DNA from: an uncultured Candidatus Saccharibacteria bacterium | GTDB lineage: Bacteria; Patescibacteriota; Dojkabacteria; SC72 | Direction of reading: 5' to 3' | Length of the DNA stretch: 30,359 nucleotides | NCBI GenBank assembly: GCA_964544555.1 | Contig: CAZJBF010000004.1 | Span: 1 to 30,359 of the forward strand | Part shown: positions 27,079 to 30,359 of the stretch, piece by piece | How positions within the stretch are numbered: position 1 is the first letter of the stretch | Layout: each line of letters starts with the position of its first letter | The notes under the pieces: generated by a model | What the model was told of the DNA's origin: nothing | What the model saw: the letters and a program-made list of their open reading frames with translations, nothing else | Database searches by the model: none | Position numbers and translations under genes: made by a program

Positions 27079-29358
27079 ATGGAAGAAATACCTAAGTCAT
27101 ACAATTCTGACGCAGAATCAGAAATATATACTCTTTGGAAGAAGTCAGATCTAGCTAATCCTGATAATATGGAGAAGTTCTTGAAAGAAAATGGATATAC
27201 TCCTAAAAGTTCTTTCACCATCACTCTCCCTCCTCCTAATGCTAATGGCAATTTACATTTAGGACATGTATGTGGATACTCTTTTCATGATGTAATTGGA
27301 AGATATATGAGGATGACATCGCATCCTACCCTTCTTTTACCAGGTAAAGACCATGCAGGTATCCAAACAGAATCTGTTTTTACAAAAATCTTAGAAAAAG
27401 AAGGTAAGAACAAAATCAAAATGGGTAGAGAAAAGTTCTATGAAGAAAGTTACAAATTTTGTCTTGATAATATGGAGAAGGCTAGAAAGCAGGAGCAAAG
27501 GATTGGGTTGTCTGCTGACTATTCCAGAGAACTTTTTACATTGGATCCAAAATTGACAAAAGTTGTGTATGAGACATTTTACAGGATGTTTGAAGAAGGT
27601 ATGGTTTACAGGGATAAAAGAATAATTAATCAATGTCCTAATTGTATGACTGCTTTGGCAGATATAGATACGGAACATGAAGAAAGAAGAGGAATTTTTG
27701 CATATATTGTGTATCCTTTTGTAGAAGAGGAAGACAAGAAACTTGCAAAGGAAAGATTTGGTGTGGAAGGTATTACTGTCGCTACAACAAGACCTGAAAC
27801 AATGCTTGGTGATACTGCAGTTGCAGTAAATCCTAATGATGACAGGTACAAAGATTTAATCGGAAAAAAGGTTGTTCTTCCAATAGCAGATAGGGAAATT
27901 CCAATTATCTCAGTTGAAGATGTTGATATAGAATTAGGTACAGGTGCTTTAAAAGTTACACCAGCTCACTCCCCTATAGATTTTGAAATTGGCAAAGCTC
28001 ATATGCTGGATACAGTTAATGTAATAAATGAGGAAGGAAAGATGGAAGGTGATATTCCGGATAGATTTAAGGGTATGGTGACAATTGATTGCTCAAAAGC
28101 TTTGTGTAAGGAATTAGATGATTTAGGTTTACTAGTTAAGATTGAGAATATTAAACATGAGGTTGCCATTTGTGAAAGATGTAAAACTCCAATTGAGCCA
28201 ATTATATCTAATCAATGGTACCTAAATGTTGAACCTTTAGCGAAAAAAGCGTTAACTGAAATTAAAAATGGAAATGTAAAGGTAGTACCATCTGGTCAAC
28301 AGAAAGCATTAGAGCATTTTTTTGAAAATATTCAACCTTGGTGTATATCTAGACAATTATGGTGGGGGCAAAGGATTCCTGTTTGGTATAGCGGAGGGAA
28401 GAAACTGTATGATTGGTTGCTAGAAAATCAAGGGAAAAATACTGAGAGTTATGAGAAAGAAACGGGAAAAGAAGCTAATGGATCAGGAAAAATATTTTTA
28501 GGTGAGAACGAACCTAATTCTGAAAATGGTGAAATTTGGGAACAGGAAGTTGATGTTTTTGATACATGGTTTAGTTCTGGGCAATGGCCATTTTCTACTT
28601 TAGGTGGTGAAGAGGGGGAAGATTTTAAGAAGTACTATCCTACTCAGACAATGATTCATGCTAGAGATATTCTTTTTTGGTGGTCAGCAAGAATGATTAT
28701 GATGGGTTTGTACAGGACAGGAAGAGTTCCTTTTAGTACTGTATTTCTTACAGGTATGATCTTGGCACCAGATGGTTCTAAGATGTCTAAATCTAAGGGT
28801 AATGGTATTGAGCCTAATGAGGTTTTCGAGAAATATGGAGCTGATGCTTTGAGACTTTGGTACTATTCTGATGCTTTACCAGGATCAAATGCTCCTCTTA
28901 GAGAAGAAAAAATCAAGGGTAATAGAAATTTCATTAACAAAATTTGGAATGCAAGTAGATTTATATTAATGAATATTGATAACTCTGAGTTGGAGAAAGT
29001 TTCTTCCTACCCTATTGAAGATACTGAAAGAATAGCTGAAACTAAAAAGCATATTGAGAAGATGATGGGTTATTTAGAAAAGTATCAATTTAATTTGGGA
29101 GCAGAATGTATCAGAGAGTTTTTCTGGCATCAGGTTTGTGATATATGGATTGAGGATATAAAGACAGAGATTAAAGATGAAGAAATTGGTAGTACTGTAC
29201 GAATACAGAAATTAGGAGAGCTTTTATATATATTGAAAGAGAATCTTAAAATTATGCATCCATTTATTCCTTTTGTGACGGAATCGGTATGGCAGGAGTT
29301 AGTAAAGTTGAAACTTGCTAGTGGGTTGTTAATGTCTCAGCAAATTGTTAAGGGATAA
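27079..29358 (+). CDS. valS: Valyl-tRNA synthetase (short, no C-terminal coiled coil)
   Basis: PPPNANGNLHLGH, DHAGIQT, TTRPETMLGD, WCISRQLWWG, DTWFSS, KMSKS. Confidence 0.95.
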   Translation: MEEIPKSYNSDAESEIYTLWKKSDLANPDNMEKFLKENGYTPKSSFTITLPPPNANGNLHLGHVCGYSFHDVIGRYMRMTSHPTLLLPGKDHAGIQTESVFTKILEKEGKNKIKMGREKFYEESYKFCLDNMEKARKQEQRIGLSADYSRELFTLDPKLTKVVYETFYRMFEEGMVYRDKRIINQCPNCMTALADIDTEHEERRGIFAYIVYPFVEEEDKKLAKERFGVEGITVATTRPETMLGDTAVAVNPNDDRYKDLIGKKVVLPIADREIPIISVEDVDIELGTGALKVTPAHSPIDFEIGKAHMLDTVNVINEEGKMEGDIPDRFKGMVTIDCSKALCKELDDLGLLVKIENIKHEVAICERCKTPIEPIISNQWYLNVEPLAKKALTEIKNGNVKVVPSGQQKALEHFFENIQPWCISRQLWWGQRIPVWYSGGKKLYDWLLENQGKNTESYEKETGKEANGSGKIFLGENEPNSENGEIWEQEVDVFDTWFSSGQWPFSTLGGEEGEDFKKYYPTQTMIHARDILFWWSARMIMMGLYRTGRVPFSTVFLTGMILAPDGSKMSKSKGNGIEPNEVFEKYGADALRLWYYSDALPGSNAPLREEKIKGNRNFINKIWNASRFILMNIDNSELEKVSSYPIEDTERIAETKKHIEKMMGYLEKYQFNLGAECIREFFWHQVCDIWIEDIKTEIKDEEIGSTVRIQKLGELLYILKENLKIMHPFIPFVTESVWQELVKLKLASGLLMSQQIVKG

Positions 29359-29483
29359 CATTTTCGTTTCCTCCTTCTAAAAAACATATATATCAAGAAA
29401 TAATAGTATAAAAGCTTTTTCTGTGATATACTCACCTCTAGTTGCACTTTATAACTAAAGAAAAGAATACAAAAGGAGAAAAA

Positions 29484-29942
29484 ATGGTCAAATTAGATAT
29501 TAAGAAGGACGATCCCTATTTGGATATTTTGAAAAGGATTCAAAATAGTCCATACATTGTTGGTTACTCGGATAGTTATTCTTCGAGAATATTTCTTTAT
29601 AAAGATGAAAGTAATAAATATCTTTTTGATGAAGTAATTCGAACAAAGGAAGGAATTATCCTTGTAATTAAGAATCTTTTTCCAACTGAAGTTATAACTC
29701 AATATGGGAAATGGAAATGTTGGGGAAATGGTAATGGAATTCCTAGAAGAGAGAGTGAAATAATGTCGTTATTGAATTTATTGGAAGCTAGGAAATTCCA
29801 GTGTCCATATCCTTGTTCATATAGAAAATATGAAAAACAGCCCTGTTCACATTCTTGTAAACATTCCAATGAAGAATACTTTTCTGTAGGAAAAGTGAAT
29901 GGGAAAGTATTGCCTGATGTAGTATTTTATTCTGAGAAATAA
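29484..29942 (+). CDS. Hypothetical protein with Cys/His-rich C-terminus
   Basis: AAGGAG SD before ATG 29484 (preferred over TTG 29442); TG-A-TATACT at 29424-29432; CPYPC...CSHSCKH. Confidence 0.6.
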   Translation: MVKLDIKKDDPYLDILKRIQNSPYIVGYSDSYSSRIFLYKDESNKYLFDEVIRTKEGIILVIKNLFPTEVITQYGKWKCWGNGNGIPRRESEIMSLLNLLEARKFQCPYPCSYRKYEKQPCSHSCKHSNEEYFSVGKVNGKVLPDVVFYSEK

Positions 29943-29963
29943 AGTTTAAAGTTGTAACAAAAT

Positions 29964-30045
29964 AGGCCTGAAGTTGGTATGAATGTGAGTATATTATATA
30001 TACTTCATAACACTACTTTGGATTTCTTCAGGCCTTTTTCTTCTT
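29964..30045 (+). terminator. Intrinsic terminator-like nested hairpin
   Basis: AGGCCTGAAG (29964-29973) / CTTCAGGCCT (30026-30035) followed by TTTTCTTCTT; inner stems TATGA/TCATA and AGTATAT/ATATACT. Confidence 0.5.
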
Positions 30046-30287
30046 GAGTTTGGAGTTTGTTTTGAGCTTTGAGCTTAGCTTGAATGTATAATAGTATCAC
30101 AACAAAGAATATTGATGTTTTTTAATCAGCAGTTAACATACTAGAGGATAACAGATCTTGACAAAAATATCCTACTTAATCTTATAGTATGTTAAATTAC
30201 TATTAAAATAATACGAAAAATATAGTCATGGAAAGAGTTCACATTCAAGCTAAGCTCACAGTGTTCTAGCTTAGAGCTCAAGCTCAG
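30044..30287 (+). repeat. Long imperfect inverted-repeat (rod-like) element
   Basis: Perfect 18-bp IR 30070-30087/30241-30258 and 11-bp IR 30133-30143/30185-30195 on the same axis; outer G.U-containing stem 30044-30058/30274-30287. Confidence 0.8.
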
Positions 30288-30310
30288 TGTTATGTTATAA
30301 TAAGATAATA

Positions 30311-30359
30311 ATGGATAAAATATATATAACTACAACTCTACCCTATGTAAATGCAGAGC
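30311..30359 (+). CDS. metG: Methionyl-tRNA synthetase, 5' fragment truncated by the window edge
   Basis: MDKIYITTTLPYVNAE matches the MetRS N-terminal YITTxxPYxN motif preceding HIGH; TG-T-TATAAT at 30293-30301. Confidence 0.85.
   Translation, partial: MDKIYITTTLPYVNAE

Noticed and set aside
1980-29702. Short antisense or overlapping ORFs in the track (e.g. 1980-2171, 3465-3698, 4223-4501, 6040-6306, 6322-6774, 10653-10955, 17457-17846, 22448-23770, 27391-27851, 29493-29702)
   Set aside because: They are shadows of well-supported genes on the opposite strand or frame, with no motifs of their own.
30158-30188. TTGACA...TATAGT promoter in the centre of the rod element
   Set aside because: 19-nt spacer is non-canonical; cannot be supported without TSS data.
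1-30359. CRISPR array, IS element or integrase
   Set aside because: No regularly spaced direct repeats and no transposase or recombinase motifs in any ORF.
1-30359. Recoded UGA (code 25/4) as in Gracilibacteria
   Set aside because: Conserved genes are full length under code 11 with no internal TGA, and TGA serves as a stop (e.g. 17315).

Overview
AT-rich chromosomal segment spanning the replication origin of what looks like a CPR/Patescibacteria-type bacterium (lineage is inference from gene content, e.g. Dojkabacteria-like; standard code 11). Core block: dnaN-oriC-dnaA / hypothetical-rpmH-rnpA-yidD-yidC-jag, plus rnj, an FtsA-like ATPase, valS, the first 16 codons of metG, tmRNA and three tRNAs. 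Accessory parts: (i) a class B sortase with a divergent NPETxD-anchored surface protein beyond the tmRNA 3' end; (ii) a YafQ/RelE-type toxin-antitoxin pair just upstream of tmRNA; (iii) the strongest candidate for an undescribed system, a three-gene RiPP-like cassette: radical SAM/SPASM enzyme, an unannotated 55-aa Cys/Asp-rich peptide (20246-20413, absent from the ORF track) and a HExxH metallopeptidase-like gene. Other oddities: an OmpR-family regulator with a fully degenerate receiver site next to oriC, a ~244-nt rod-like inverted-symmetry element before metG, a 30-residue tmRNA tag, and many extended -10 promoters only 6-9 nt from the start codon.
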